Notes: a model not told the origin generated them from the sequence alone. A stretch of DNA of 64,000 nt from Myxococcales bacterium (GCA_043747615.1 JAYTOU010000035.1:12443-76442), one strand, 5' to 3'; positions 18,795 to 28,096 are shown, counted from the stretch's first letter. A program made the numbers and translations.

Positions 18795-20318
18795 CTAGGC
18801 CACGATCTTCCAGGCCGTCGCGCCGCCGGTCGCATCGAGGAGCTCCACCCCCATGGCGGTGAGCTCCGCGCGGATGATGTCGGCGCGCGCAAAATCTTTG
18901 GCCGCGCGCGCTTCGATGCGGGCTTGGACCTTCGCGTTGATCGCGGGCTCATCGAGGCCGCGGATCTTGAGACGGCGCTTCAGGCTGCGCGCGTTGTAGT
19001 TCTCGGAGCTCGCCTGCATGAGGCCGAGGGGCGCGCAGCATCCGTCGAGCGAAAGAACGGCCTTCGCGGCGAGCTGACGCGCCGAGTCCCACGCCGCCTT
19101 GTCTTTTTTCAGCTTGGCGATCTGGAGAACGATCTCGTTTGCAGCCTTCGCCAGCTCACCAATCACGGAGACAGCGACCGGCGTGTTCAGATCCTTGTCG
19201 AGCGCGGCGAGCACGCGAATGGGTGCCTCTTCGACCACTTTCGCCTGGCCTTGAAGGACATTCCCGAGCGCGGGCTCCGCACCCGCTGCGGCTGAGACGA
19301 GCGCATCGCGTGTGGTATACAAGTAATCCATTCTCCGCTCGGCTTCGTCGACGCCGGTGAAGGTGACCCGCCCGTCGCCCGTCTTCTCGAGCTCGAACGA
19401 GAGCTGCTGCCCGTATTTCGTGCCGAGCAGATAGTAGCGAAACGCCTCCGCGTCGTTGCGGGCGAGCACGTCCTTGATGGTGACGAAGTTGCCGAGCGAC
19501 TGGCTCATCTTCTCGTTGTCGGCGTTGAGGAAGCCGCCGTGGATCCACATGCGCGCAAACTCTGGTCCGTAAATGGCTTCGCTCTGGGCGATTTCATTTT
19601 CGTGGTGCGGAAATATGAGATCCGTTCCGCCGCAGTGGATGTCGAAATGCTCGCCCAGGTATTTCGCGGCCATCGCCGAGCACACGATGTGCCAGCCCGG
19701 CCGCCCCTTCCCCCACGGGCTCGGCCAGCCCCAGCCATCCTCCGGCTCGCCCTTCCACATCGCAAAATCGAGGGGATCGCGCTTGATGTCGCCCGTTTCG
19801 ATGCGCGCGCCGCTGAGGAGATCGTCGATGTTGCGGTGGGAGAGCTTGCCGTAATTCGGGAAGCTTCGAACGGAGAAGTAGACGTCCTTACCCTTCGCCG
19901 TGTCTGCCACGTATGCGAACCCTTTTTCGATCAGCTTCTCGATGAGCGCGATGATCTCGGGAATGTGGGTGGAGACCTTCGGCTCGTGATCGGGCTTGAG
20001 GCATCCGATCGACTTGAGCTCGAGCTCCACTTCCTTGGCGCGCGCCGCCGAGAACGCGAGCGGCTCCTCGCCGACTTCCTTAGATTTTTTCAGGATCTTG
20101 TCGTCCACGTCCGTCACGTTGCGGACGTACGTGACCTTGAGCCCGCGCGCGCGCAGGTGCCGCACGAGAACGTCGAAGGTGGTCATCGTCCGCGCGTGCC
20201 CCGCGTGGGCCACGTTGTATGTGGTGAGCCCGCACAAATAGATGCGCGCGGTCCCGGGAACGAGTGGCTCGAAGTTCTCGAGCTTCTGGGTGAGGGTGTT
20301 GTGAAAGCGGAGGGTCAT
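18795..20318 (-). CDS. cysS: Cysteine--tRNA ligase
   Basis: YLCGLTTY...HAGHAR, RNVTDVDDKI, GRPGWHI.CSAM, DLIFPHHENE and KMSQSLGN motifs. Confidence 0.95.
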   Translation of the reverse strand: MTLRFHNTLTQKLENFEPLVPGTARIYLCGLTTYNVAHAGHARTMTTFDVLVRHLRARGLKVTYVRNVTDVDDKILKKSKEVGEEPLAFSAARAKEVELELKSIGCLKPDHEPKVSTHIPEIIALIEKLIEKGFAYVADTAKGKDVYFSVRSFPNYGKLSHRNIDDLLSGARIETGDIKRDPLDFAMWKGEPEDGWGWPSPWGKGRPGWHIVCSAMAAKYLGEHFDIHCGGTDLIFPHHENEIAQSEAIYGPEFARMWIHGGFLNADNEKMSQSLGNFVTIKDVLARNDAEAFRYYLLGTKYGQQLSFELEKTGDGRVTFTGVDEAERRMDYLYTTRDALVSAAAGAEPALGNVLQGQAKVVEEAPIRVLAALDKDLNTPVAVSVIGELAKAANEIVLQIAKLKKDKAAWDSARQLAAKAVLSLDGCCAPLGLMQASSENYNARSLKRRLKIRGLDEPAINAKVQARIEARAAKDFARADIIRAELTAMGVELLDATGGATAWKIVA

Positions 20319-20374
20319 TGGACTGTGCGGATATAGCCGAAATTCGGGCAAACGCGTGGTATCAACTTCGGGGG

Positions 20375-20929
20375 ATGCTGGCCGCGCGCGCTTCGGTAAA
20401 CATCGCGACCAAAACGGCACGAGCGGCCTTTGTCGTGTCTCTGGGGTTCGGGGCCGTAGGCTGCGGCGGCTCGCAGGAGCGCTTCGACGGCGCCTCCTTC
20501 CGGGATGGGAACGTCGCTTTCCGGGTGAACAGCGTCCCCCCGGCGTGGGAGCGCATTTCGGTGGTCGACGCGAGCCTCGCCTTCCGGGATGCGAGCCACC
20601 AGGGCACGGTGCTCATCAACGGCCGCTGCGGCCAGAGGGGAGTGGACGACACGCCGCTCTCCGCGCTCACCGGTCATCTCGTGATGGGCACCACAGAGCG
20701 CGAGTTCGACTCCGAGGTCGTGGTGCCGCTCGACTCACGCGAGGCGATGCACACCAAAATGCGCGCGAAGCTCGATGGCGTGAAGATGTCCTACGATATT
20801 TTCGTCCTAAAAAAAGACGGCTGCGTCTACGATTTCGTTTACGTCGCGCCGCCCGAGCGGGTCGCCGGGGTGCCCGAGTTCGAGCGCTTCGTCATGGGCT
20901 TCCACACCGCCGGCCCGGGTGCGATGTGA
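20375..20929 (+). CDS. Lipoprotein of unknown function
   Basis: Lipobox AVGC; KKDGCVYDFVYVAPP motif; overlaps next gene (GTGA). Confidence 0.7.
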   Translation: MLAARASVNIATKTARAAFVVSLGFGAVGCGGSQERFDGASFRDGNVAFRVNSVPPAWERISVVDASLAFRDASHQGTVLINGRCGQRGVDDTPLSALTGHLVMGTTEREFDSEVVVPLDSREAMHTKMRAKLDGVKMSYDIFVLKKDGCVYDFVYVAPPERVAGVPEFERFVMGFHTAGPGAM

Positions 20930-21801
20930 GGGAATCAACCGCCTCACGCTCGAATCTCGACGACCAGCCCCCGTCGTCGCGTGCGCCGCTCTCTCGCCCC
21001 GCTCCGCCGCCGGCTCCGCAGTCTCTCGGTGCCGAGTACTACGAGCAGCTCGTTTCGTTCGTCGAGCACCTCGGAGACGTGACGCTCCTCATTGTCCGCA
21101 CGTTTCGCGCGATGTTTCGGCGTCCCCTCGAGCTCAAGGCGATCATCTCCCAGATGGAATCGCTCGGCGTCCGCTCGCTCGCCATCGTGGCCGTCACCAG
21201 CCTCTTCATCGGAATGGTGATGACCCTCCAGTTCGCGTTCGGCCTCCAGCGCTTTGGCGGGATCGAGTTCATTCCGCGGGTGGTCGTGCTGTCGTTCGCG
21301 CGCGAGCTTGCGCCCACCCTCACCGCGGTGATCGTGGGCGGCCGCATCGGGAGCGGGATGGCGGCCGAAGTGGGGGCCATGAACGTCACCGAGCAGGTGG
21401 ACGCGATTCGCGCGCTCGGTGCGGACCCTGCAAAGAAGCTTGTTTTGCCGCGGATGGTAGCGTCGATCCTGGTGATGCCGATCCTCAGCGTGTTCGCGCT
21501 CACCCTCGGCACCATAGGCGCGATCTTCATCTGCACGCTGCAGTTCGACATCACCCCGGACTTCTTCATTCAGTCGTCGCTCGAGTCGATGCGCCTCAGC
21601 GATTTCATGAGCGGCCTCATGAAGACGCCGTTCTTCGGATTCATTATCTCCATCGTTGGCTGTCACTTCGGTCTCCGCACCACGGGGGGCACCGAAGGGG
21701 TGGGGCTCAGCACGACGCGCACCGTGGTCGTGGTCTCCATCGCCATCCTCGTGGCCGATTTTTTTCTCACGAAAATCTTTATCGGGATCTTCGGCGGATG
21801 A
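20926..21801 (+). CDS. mlaE: MlaE family lipid ABC transporter permease
   Basis: RELAPTLTAVIVGGRIGSGMAAEVGAMNVTEQVDAIRALG; GTEGVGLSTT. Confidence 0.92.
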   Translation: MRESTASRSNLDDQPPSSRAPLSRPAPPPAPQSLGAEYYEQLVSFVEHLGDVTLLIVRTFRAMFRRPLELKAIISQMESLGVRSLAIVAVTSLFIGMVMTLQFAFGLQRFGGIEFIPRVVVLSFARELAPTLTAVIVGGRIGSGMAAEVGAMNVTEQVDAIRALGADPAKKLVLPRMVASILVMPILSVFALTLGTIGAIFICTLQFDITPDFFIQSSLESMRLSDFMSGLMKTPFFGFIISIVGCHFGLRTTGGTEGVGLSTTRTVVVVSIAILVADFFLTKIFIGIFGG

Positions 21802-22094
21802 AAGTTGCGCTTGGCCTTCTGCTAGCGATCCCCCTTGTTTTTGGGTGGATCTCCCTCGATGCGCGCTCTCGTCGCAGCGATCGCGCCGCCGACGAGCAGG
21901 CGATCTCGGCCGTCGCACGCCGCTTGCCATCGTCGGATCTTGCGCTCTCCGGTGGAGCCCGGTGGTTGCGAAATCCATCGCTCGAAGAACCGGGCGCGGC
22001 CTTCGCCGATGGACCTGCGCTCCCCGATCCCGATCCTGCGGGCGGCGTCATGTCTCCTCCGCAGGCCGTCTGGAACGCCGAGGTAAAGCGGTGA
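21798..22094 (+). CDS. Small exported or membrane-anchored protein
   Basis: ATGA and GTGA coupling on both sides; N-terminal hydrophobic segment. Confidence 0.65.
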   Translation: MKVALGLLLAIPLVFGWISLDARSRRSDRAADEQAISAVARRLPSSDLALSGGARWLRNPSLEEPGAAFADGPALPDPDPAGGVMSPPQAVWNAEVKR

Positions 22095-23266
22095 AGGGCT
22101 CCCTCTCGCTCCTGGCGCATGCGGCGCGCGCGCTCTGGCGACGGCGGACGAAATCGCTCGCGCTCGGTGGCGGGCTGGCCCTCACGGTCACGTTCGTCGC
22201 GGCAGTGCTCTTTCTCACAGATGCCCTCCGCGCTGATTCCGAGAGGGCCCGCGCGGCCATCCCGGACGTAGTCGTCTCCCGGCTCATCGGCGGTCGCCCC
22301 ACCATCCTCTCCGCGAGCGACGCCGACGCGATCAAGAAAATTGATTCTGTCCGCGACGTGAGGCCACGCGTCTGGGGTTACGTGTTCGTCCCCGCGCTGC
22401 AGGGCAACGTCACGGTGGTGGGCGTGCCGAAAGGTCTTCCAGCGCTCGATAGCGTGGCGGGCGCACTTGCCGATGGGCACGATCTCACGGTGGGCGCGCA
22501 CCAGATGATCGCCGGCGCGACGCTCGCGAGTTACCTCGGGATCGCGATGGGAGATGCCATCGCCCTCCCCACGATCGGCGCGCCCTTGCCCGCGCTCACG
22601 CTGGTCGGAACGTTTAGCTCCAAAGTCGATCTCTACGCCGCAGACGTGATCCTCTGTGACGAAACGGATGCGCGCGCGATCCTCGGCCTCCCCGCGGACG
22701 CCGCGACCGATCTCGCGGTGACGGTGATCAATCCCGCCGAGGCCCGGGTCATCGCTCGCACCATCGTGGAGCGTTTGCCCGGCACGCGCGTCATCGAAAA
22801 GGATCTCCTCGGCCGCGTGTACGCGCTCGTCTACGGGCGCCGCGCGGGGCTGGTGCTTGCTGCATCGATTCCTGCGCTCCTCGCTCTGCTGATCCTGGCG
22901 TGGGATCGCGCGAGTGGCCTCGGGCCCGAAGAAAAGAGGGAGATCGCCGTGTTGAAGGCCATTGGCTGGAGCACCGCCGACGTGCTGTGGGCGAAGCTGT
23001 TCGAGGCGCTGCTGGTGAGCGCGGTAGCCACGACCCTCGGGCTCTTCTTGGCCTACGTCTGGGTATTTTCGCTCGGTGCCCCAGGCTTGCGGCAGGCGAT
23101 CGTTGGTTGGAGCGTCCTTTATCCTGCCGGACCGCTGACCCCTGCGGTTGATCTCGCGCAGCTCCTCGCGCTTGCTCTCGCGGTCGTCGCGCCGTTCGTC
23201 GGCTTGAGTATCATTCCCGCGTGGCGTGCGGCCTCGATGGACCCGGTCGAGGCGATGCGCGGATAA
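22091..23266 (+). CDS. FtsX/LolE-like ABC transporter permease
   Basis: N-terminal TM, periplasmic domain, EKREIAVLKAIGWS, AWRAASMDPVEAMR. Confidence 0.88.
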   Translation: MKGSLSLLAHAARALWRRRTKSLALGGGLALTVTFVAAVLFLTDALRADSERARAAIPDVVVSRLIGGRPTILSASDADAIKKIDSVRDVRPRVWGYVFVPALQGNVTVVGVPKGLPALDSVAGALADGHDLTVGAHQMIAGATLASYLGIAMGDAIALPTIGAPLPALTLVGTFSSKVDLYAADVILCDETDARAILGLPADAATDLAVTVINPAEARVIARTIVERLPGTRVIEKDLLGRVYALVYGRRAGLVLAASIPALLALLILAWDRASGLGPEEKREIAVLKAIGWSTADVLWAKLFEALLVSAVATTLGLFLAYVWVFSLGAPGLRQAIVGWSVLYPAGPLTPAVDLAQLLALALAVVAPFVGLSIIPAWRAASMDPVEAMRG

Positions 23267-23271
23267 AGCTG

Positions 23272-23291
23272 AGCGCCCGTTAGCGCCCGTT
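23272..23291 (+). repeat. 10-bp tandem direct repeat (AGCGCCCGTT x2)
   Basis: Seen directly between two convergent stop codons. Confidence 0.8.
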
Positions 23292-23712
23292 AGGTCGTAG
23301 GCGGGAGCGGGGGCTTCGTCTTCTTCATGGCGCGGAGCTGGGAGAGACGAACGATGGCTCGGACTTGCCGGACGAGCGCCTCGTCGTCCCCTTTTCCGGT
23401 GAGTACCCCGTCGAAGCCGAGCGCGCGAAAATCGAGCGTGGTGTCCGAGCTGTAGAGATAAAAGAGGCAGGAATGCGCCTTTTTCTTGTCGCCCTCGGCG
23501 CCGCGAAGGGAGGCCATCACCGTGCCGCCGTCGATCCCGGGCATGTGAAAATCGATGATCACCAGATCGCAGGTCGGGATGTGGCGCGCGTTTCCGACTG
23601 CCCGTGACGTGGTGGTGACCTCGTAGCCCTCCGCCTCGAGCGCGCGCTTCGTGCGGTCGAGCAGGACTTCACTGTCGTCGATCACGAGAACGCGAAAACG
23701 AGCCGCTGCCAC
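23290..23712 (-). CDS. Single-domain response regulator
   Basis: VLVIDDS and DLVIIDFHMPGIDG motifs; conserved Lys in LTGK. Confidence 0.9.
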   Translation of the reverse strand: MAAARFRVLVIDDSEVLLDRTKRALEAEGYEVTTTSRAVGNARHIPTCDLVIIDFHMPGIDGGTVMASLRGAEGDKKKAHSCLFYLYSSDTTLDFRALGFDGVLTGKGDDEALVRQVRAIVRLSQLRAMKKTKPPLPPTT

Positions 23713-23731
23713 GGGCCCACCGTATCACGCC

Positions 23732-25918
23732 TCAAGGCTTCTTCAGGGCGCTGAGAATCACCTGCGTCGAACGAAGTGGCATAGAGAACACTTTGATCTC
23801 GTAGCCCACGCTCGCGAGCTCCGCGCGCACGGCACCGAGCCCGACACCTCTGCCGGCGAGCCCGCCCGCCGCAGCCGAAGTGGTGAAGCCCGGCGTGAAG
23901 ATGACCTCCGTTAGCTGCATCCCCGAGCTCATCGTGGTTCGCTTTGCAATTTCCCCGCTGTCGAGGCCGCCGCCGTCGTCTTCCACCTTGATCTCGGGAC
24001 CGCCTGCGCCCTCCTTGGCCGAAAGGCGAATCACGCCGAACGCATTCTTTCCTCGGCCGGTTCGAACCTCCGGCAGCTCGATCCCATGGGCGACGGAGTT
24101 GCGTACGAGATGAGTGAGCACTGCCGGAAGAACGCGTGAGAGCTTCGCAGGCACCCGGCACTCGCGCCCGTCGACCTCTATTTGGACTTGCTTGCCTTCG
24201 TTTGCTGCCCAGGTGGGCGCGGAGTCGATGAGCGAAAGGGTGCACTCGCCGAACGGGCGCGCCGCCAACCGCTCGACGATCGCTCCGACCCGGTCGACGA
24301 ACGCGCCTTTTTCGGTTCGCATCTGCGCGGCAAGCTCTTCGACGTCTGAGCGAAGGACGGTGATCTGATCGAGCGCCGCCCTGCCGATGGGAGACGCCGC
24401 CACGAAAATCTCGGACGCCCGATTGACGCCCACACGCACGCGTTCGAGGTGAGCCAGGAGGTCGGGCACGGAGGTCACAGTGCTGACCACTCCGCGCGCG
24501 TTGTTGCGGAGGTCGGTTAGCTTGTCCTCGAGGGTGGTCGATTCCTGTTCGAGCTCGCGCATGTCGAAGGCGCGCGATTCACCCTTGATGGTATGAATGT
24601 GCCGAAAAACTTCGTCGATTTCAGATTTGAGCATTCCGCTCGATCCGCTCTTCACGATGGCTTCGCAGCGTTCGATCCGCTCGCGCGCGCCATCCAGGAA
24701 GGTTACGAAAATCTGGCCCCCGCCGGCGACCAGTCGTCGCATCGCTGCGATCCGCCGGGCGTACTCTTCTTCTTGCGAGCGGACGACGCGCTCGAGATTT
24801 TTCTTTTCGCTCACGTCCGTCGCGAGGAGCATCACCTTGGCGAGCTTTCCGTTCTCGACGATGGGCCGGAACTCCGTGGTCAAGAACGTCGACTTCGCGC
24901 CGACGGTGAACGCTACCTCCTTCGGCGCGAGCTCGCCGACCCGCGCCCACTCGCTCGGTGCAATCGAGAAGGCCACGGACAACCACTCGTCGAAAGCCTG
25001 AGCGTCGACGTCGTTCTGCGTGCGGTTCGGATAGAGAAGATCGCGCACGTCTTGCTCGACGAGCGCCTCTTTGCCGAAGATCTTGGCGGCCTCGCGCGAG
25101 ACCTCGCCCTCCACTTTCCCGTCCGCCCCGAAGGCCAAGATCGCTTGCTGCATGTGGTCGAAGAGCTCGCGAAGGCTCCGGGTGGCGGCCTCGATCTGCT
25201 CCTCGCGATCGGCGATGGCCTGCCCCATGGCGTTGAAGGCGTTCGCCAGCGCGGCGATCTCGTCCTGCGAGGTGACCTCCACGCGCGCTTTCAGGTCGCC
25301 CATGCCGACGCGCCGCGCGGCGTTCGCGAGCTGCTCCACCGGCGAGACCACTTGCCTTCGCACGATGATGATCAAAAGAAGGGCTGTCACCGTCGTCAGC
25401 AGGAAAAAAAGCCAAAAAAGGCGGGCCCGACTGGCGTCGTATGCGGCGTTCTCGGCGTGGAGGGAAAAGACGACCAACGTGCGACCGAGGCGACCGCCCG
25501 GCCCCGTCACGACCCGCGCTACCTCCACGCGGTCGGCGAGGACGAGGGTCTTTCCCAGGTCTTCTTCCTTCGGTCCGATCAGCTCCGCGCACCTCTCGTC
25601 CCGAAAGGCGGCAATCGGCTTGGAGTCGTTCGCGTTCCACACCGCTGCGCACTCCACGTCGTAGCTCTTGGCGAACTCCCGAATGTCCGCGTCGATGGCG
25701 TCGGTGTCTGCGAAGTCGAGAGGAGCAGAGACGGCGGCCGCAAAGAGATCGGCCACGATGGAGGCCGCAGTCTGCTTTGAGCGAAGCAAGCTCTCTCGCT
25801 CCCGCGTCGTGAGCTCGACGAACAGGAGCGCGGAGGAGATGACGAGAATGGAGACGACCGCGAGCGTCAGCCGCGTGCCCAAGGCCAGGGCAAAGCGGGG
25901 GCGGCTCGTCGTCGACAT
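23732..25918 (-). CDS. Membrane-bound CheA-like (Hpt-HATPase) histidine kinase with HAMP and PAS-like domains, no CheW domain
   Basis: 2 TM, HAMP (DEIAALANAFNAM), Hpt (FRHIHTIKG), HLVRNSVAHGIE, DDGGG, IFTPGFTT, GRGVGL. Confidence 0.88.
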   Translation of the reverse strand: MSTTSRPRFALALGTRLTLAVVSILVISSALLFVELTTRERESLLRSKQTAASIVADLFAAAVSAPLDFADTDAIDADIREFAKSYDVECAAVWNANDSKPIAAFRDERCAELIGPKEEDLGKTLVLADRVEVARVVTGPGGRLGRTLVVFSLHAENAAYDASRARLFWLFFLLTTVTALLLIIIVRRQVVSPVEQLANAARRVGMGDLKARVEVTSQDEIAALANAFNAMGQAIADREEQIEAATRSLRELFDHMQQAILAFGADGKVEGEVSREAAKIFGKEALVEQDVRDLLYPNRTQNDVDAQAFDEWLSVAFSIAPSEWARVGELAPKEVAFTVGAKSTFLTTEFRPIVENGKLAKVMLLATDVSEKKNLERVVRSQEEEYARRIAAMRRLVAGGGQIFVTFLDGARERIERCEAIVKSGSSGMLKSEIDEVFRHIHTIKGESRAFDMRELEQESTTLEDKLTDLRNNARGVVSTVTSVPDLLAHLERVRVGVNRASEIFVAASPIGRAALDQITVLRSDVEELAAQMRTEKGAFVDRVGAIVERLAARPFGECTLSLIDSAPTWAANEGKQVQIEVDGRECRVPAKLSRVLPAVLTHLVRNSVAHGIELPEVRTGRGKNAFGVIRLSAKEGAGGPEIKVEDDGGGLDSGEIAKRTTMSSGMQLTEVIFTPGFTTSAAAGGLAGRGVGLGAVRAELASVGYEIKVFSMPLRSTQVILSALKKP

Positions 25919-25925
25919 GGAGCTC

Positions 25926-25935
25926 ATGGTACATT
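25926..25935. promoter_or_regulatory. Bidirectional overlapping -10 elements (TACCAT minus, TGgTACATT plus)
   Basis: Share TA at 25930-25931; minus-strand element is 7 nt before ATG 25918. Confidence 0.55.
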
Positions 25936-25958
25936 TTGCGAAGCGCACGGAGGGATGC

Positions 25959-26561
25959 TTGCGAACGGTCCGGCAAAGAACTCGACTGACCCAAGGGCTG
26001 AAAAGAGTCTTGGCCGCGGCCTTGGTCGGCGTTTGCGGCGCTTTTGCGCCGGTGGCGGAGGCGGGCCCGCTCCCCACGGAATCTGCGGCGAAGCTCCTCG
26101 TCAAAGCGGCTCGCTACGACAAGAACTTTCTCCATCGCGCGGGCGATCGCGTGCGCGTGATCCTCGTCTTCAAACCCGACGATCGCGCTTCCGTGTCCGC
26201 CGTGGCGGAGATGCAAGCCGCGCTCACCGCGTTCCCGGAGATCGACGGCGTTCCCCACGACGAGACCATCCATGCCTACGACGGCGCGCCGGAGCTCGCC
26301 GCAACCTGCCGCGCGAATCGTGCCTCGATCGTCTACATTTCAACCGGCTTCAGCGGCGACATCGGTGACATTCGCTATGCCCTCGACGGCATCGACATCC
26401 TCTCCGTCGCTGCCAATCCAGAGGACGTGGCGCAAGGGCTCGTGCTCGGTTTCGATCTCGTGGCGGGCAAGCCGAAGCTTCTCGTTCACCTGAGCCAAGC
26501 GCGTCGGCAGAACGTAGCCTTCATGGCCGACTTCCTGAAGCTCTCGAAGGTCTACAACTGA
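25959..26561 (+). CDS. YfiR/HmsC-like (DUF4154) periplasmic protein
   Basis: Signal peptide; C-terminal GFDLVAGKPKLLVHLSQARRQNVAFMADFLKLSKV resembles the YfiR C-terminus; start uncertain. Confidence 0.75.
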   Translation: MRTVRQRTRLTQGLKRVLAAALVGVCGAFAPVAEAGPLPTESAAKLLVKAARYDKNFLHRAGDRVRVILVFKPDDRASVSAVAEMQAALTAFPEIDGVPHDETIHAYDGAPELAATCRANRASIVYISTGFSGDIGDIRYALDGIDILSVAANPEDVAQGLVLGFDLVAGKPKLLVHLSQARRQNVAFMADFLKLSKVYN

Positions 26562-26605
26562 CGAGACCAGAATTGCGAGGTTGTGGCATAATCGCCGGCG
26601 CTGCC

Positions 26606-26824
26606 ATGACGGACGTGCACGTGTTCACGCTCGAAGCTGCAAATGCGCTCGTTCCGAAGCTTAACGTGATGGTGCGCGCACAACTCCTAACGCGTTTGGA
26701 CACGCGCGTGTGGCTCTGCTGGAAGTACGGCGAGCCGGAGAGTGGTCGTTACCACGCGCTCGACGAAGGGCTCTCGTCCGGTCGCCCCATTGGCCACGAC
26801 ATCCGCCAACGGCTGCTCACCTAG
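26606..26824 (+). pseudogene. DUF2203-family protein with apparent in-frame internal deletion
   Basis: FTLEAANALVP is joined almost directly to VWLCWKYGE...YHALDEG...RP; only 72 aa. Confidence 0.6.
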
Positions 26825-26831
26825 ATCCGAG

Positions 26832-27416
26832 ATGGCTGTTGACCGAGAAGCGGCGGCGCGTGCGATCGACGCATTTTTAAGGGCGATCGGCCGTGATCCG
26901 CTCGCCGACCGGGAGCTCGCAGGGACGGGGGCGCGCGTGGCAGATGCGTTCATCGACGAGCTCTGCGAGGGCTACGCCGTGAACGCGGCTGCCTTGATCG
27001 AGCGCGACCTCATCGCGGCTCCCGCGGCTCCTGGCGAGCTCGTCATCGTGCGCGACATCGCCGTCTCGACGATGTGTCCGCACCACCTCCTTCCGGCGCA
27101 GGGATTTGCCCACGTGGCCTTTGCGCCGCGCGCGCGGGTCGTGGGCATTGGCGCCGTCGTGCGTCTCGTCGACGTCTTCGCGCACCGCCTTACGCTGCAG
27201 GAGGTCATCGGTCGTGAGGTCGTCGGCGCTCTCATGAAATCACTCGAACCTTCGTGGGCAGCGTGCCGTATCATTCTTTCGCACGCGTGCATGACGGCTC
27301 GAGGCGAGCGCAGGCACGGGGCGTCGGTGGAGACGTTTGCGTTCGAAGGCGGTGAAGACGCGGCCCTCGCCTACGCGGCCCTTGGAGCGAAGCGCGAGAG
27401 CGAGGCCCGTTCGTGA
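26832..27416 (+). CDS. folE: GTP cyclohydrolase I (FolE-like, atypical)
   Basis: VRDIAVSTMCPHHLLP, RLTLQE and HACMTARG motifs. Confidence 0.82.
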   Translation: MAVDREAAARAIDAFLRAIGRDPLADRELAGTGARVADAFIDELCEGYAVNAAALIERDLIAAPAAPGELVIVRDIAVSTMCPHHLLPAQGFAHVAFAPRARVVGIGAVVRLVDVFAHRLTLQEVIGREVVGALMKSLEPSWAACRIILSHACMTARGERRHGASVETFAFEGGEDAALAYAALGAKRESEARS

Positions 27417-28096
27417 GCGTTGCAGTGGTGACCGGCGCGGGGCGAGGAATAGGCCGCGCCGTCGCACTCGAGCTTGCACGCCGGGGATACGACCTCGCGC
27501 TCCTCGGACGAACGGTGGAGGATCTCGCGCGCACCGCCGAGGAGATCACCGCCCTCGGCCGAAGAGCGCTCACGCTCGGCTGTGACGTCGCGCGCTCGGA
27601 CCACGTCGCGGCCGCAGCCATCACGATTCACCGCGAGTTCGGCTCTCCGCGCGTCGTGGTGAACAACGCCGGCATCGCTCGACGTGCGCGTGTTGCCACG
27701 ATGACCGAAGCAGACTGGGACGCAGTGATCGACGTGAACCTCAAAGGTACCTTCCTCGTCACCCGCGCGTTCCTGCCGAGCATGCTAGAAAAAGGGGAGG
27801 GAAGATGCGTCGCGATCGCCAGCATCTCAGCCACGTTCGGGACGCCGGAGCTCAGCGCGTACTGCGCGTCGAAATGGGGCGTGGTGGGCTTCACCAAAGC
27901 CCTCGCCGAAGAGCTCCGCGGCACAGGCGTTCAGGCGCTCTGCGTCTTACCCGGCTCGGTAGACACGGAGATGCTAAAAGAAAGCGGCTTTGCACCCCAG
28001 ATGACCCCCGAGCACGTGGCCGGCGTCGTTGCCTACGCGGCTCTCGACGCACCGAGCGCCATGAATGGAAGCGCGATCGAAATCTTCGGCCCATGA
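27413..28096 (+). CDS. SDR family NAD(P)-dependent oxidoreductase
   Basis: TGAGRGIG, NNAG and YCASK motifs. Confidence 0.92.
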   Translation: MSVAVVTGAGRGIGRAVALELARRGYDLALLGRTVEDLARTAEEITALGRRALTLGCDVARSDHVAAAAITIHREFGSPRVVVNNAGIARRARVATMTEADWDAVIDVNLKGTFLVTRAFLPSMLEKGEGRCVAIASISATFGTPELSAYCASKWGVVGFTKALAEELRGTGVQALCVLPGSVDTEMLKESGFAPQMTPEHVAGVVAYAALDAPSAMNGSAIEIFGP

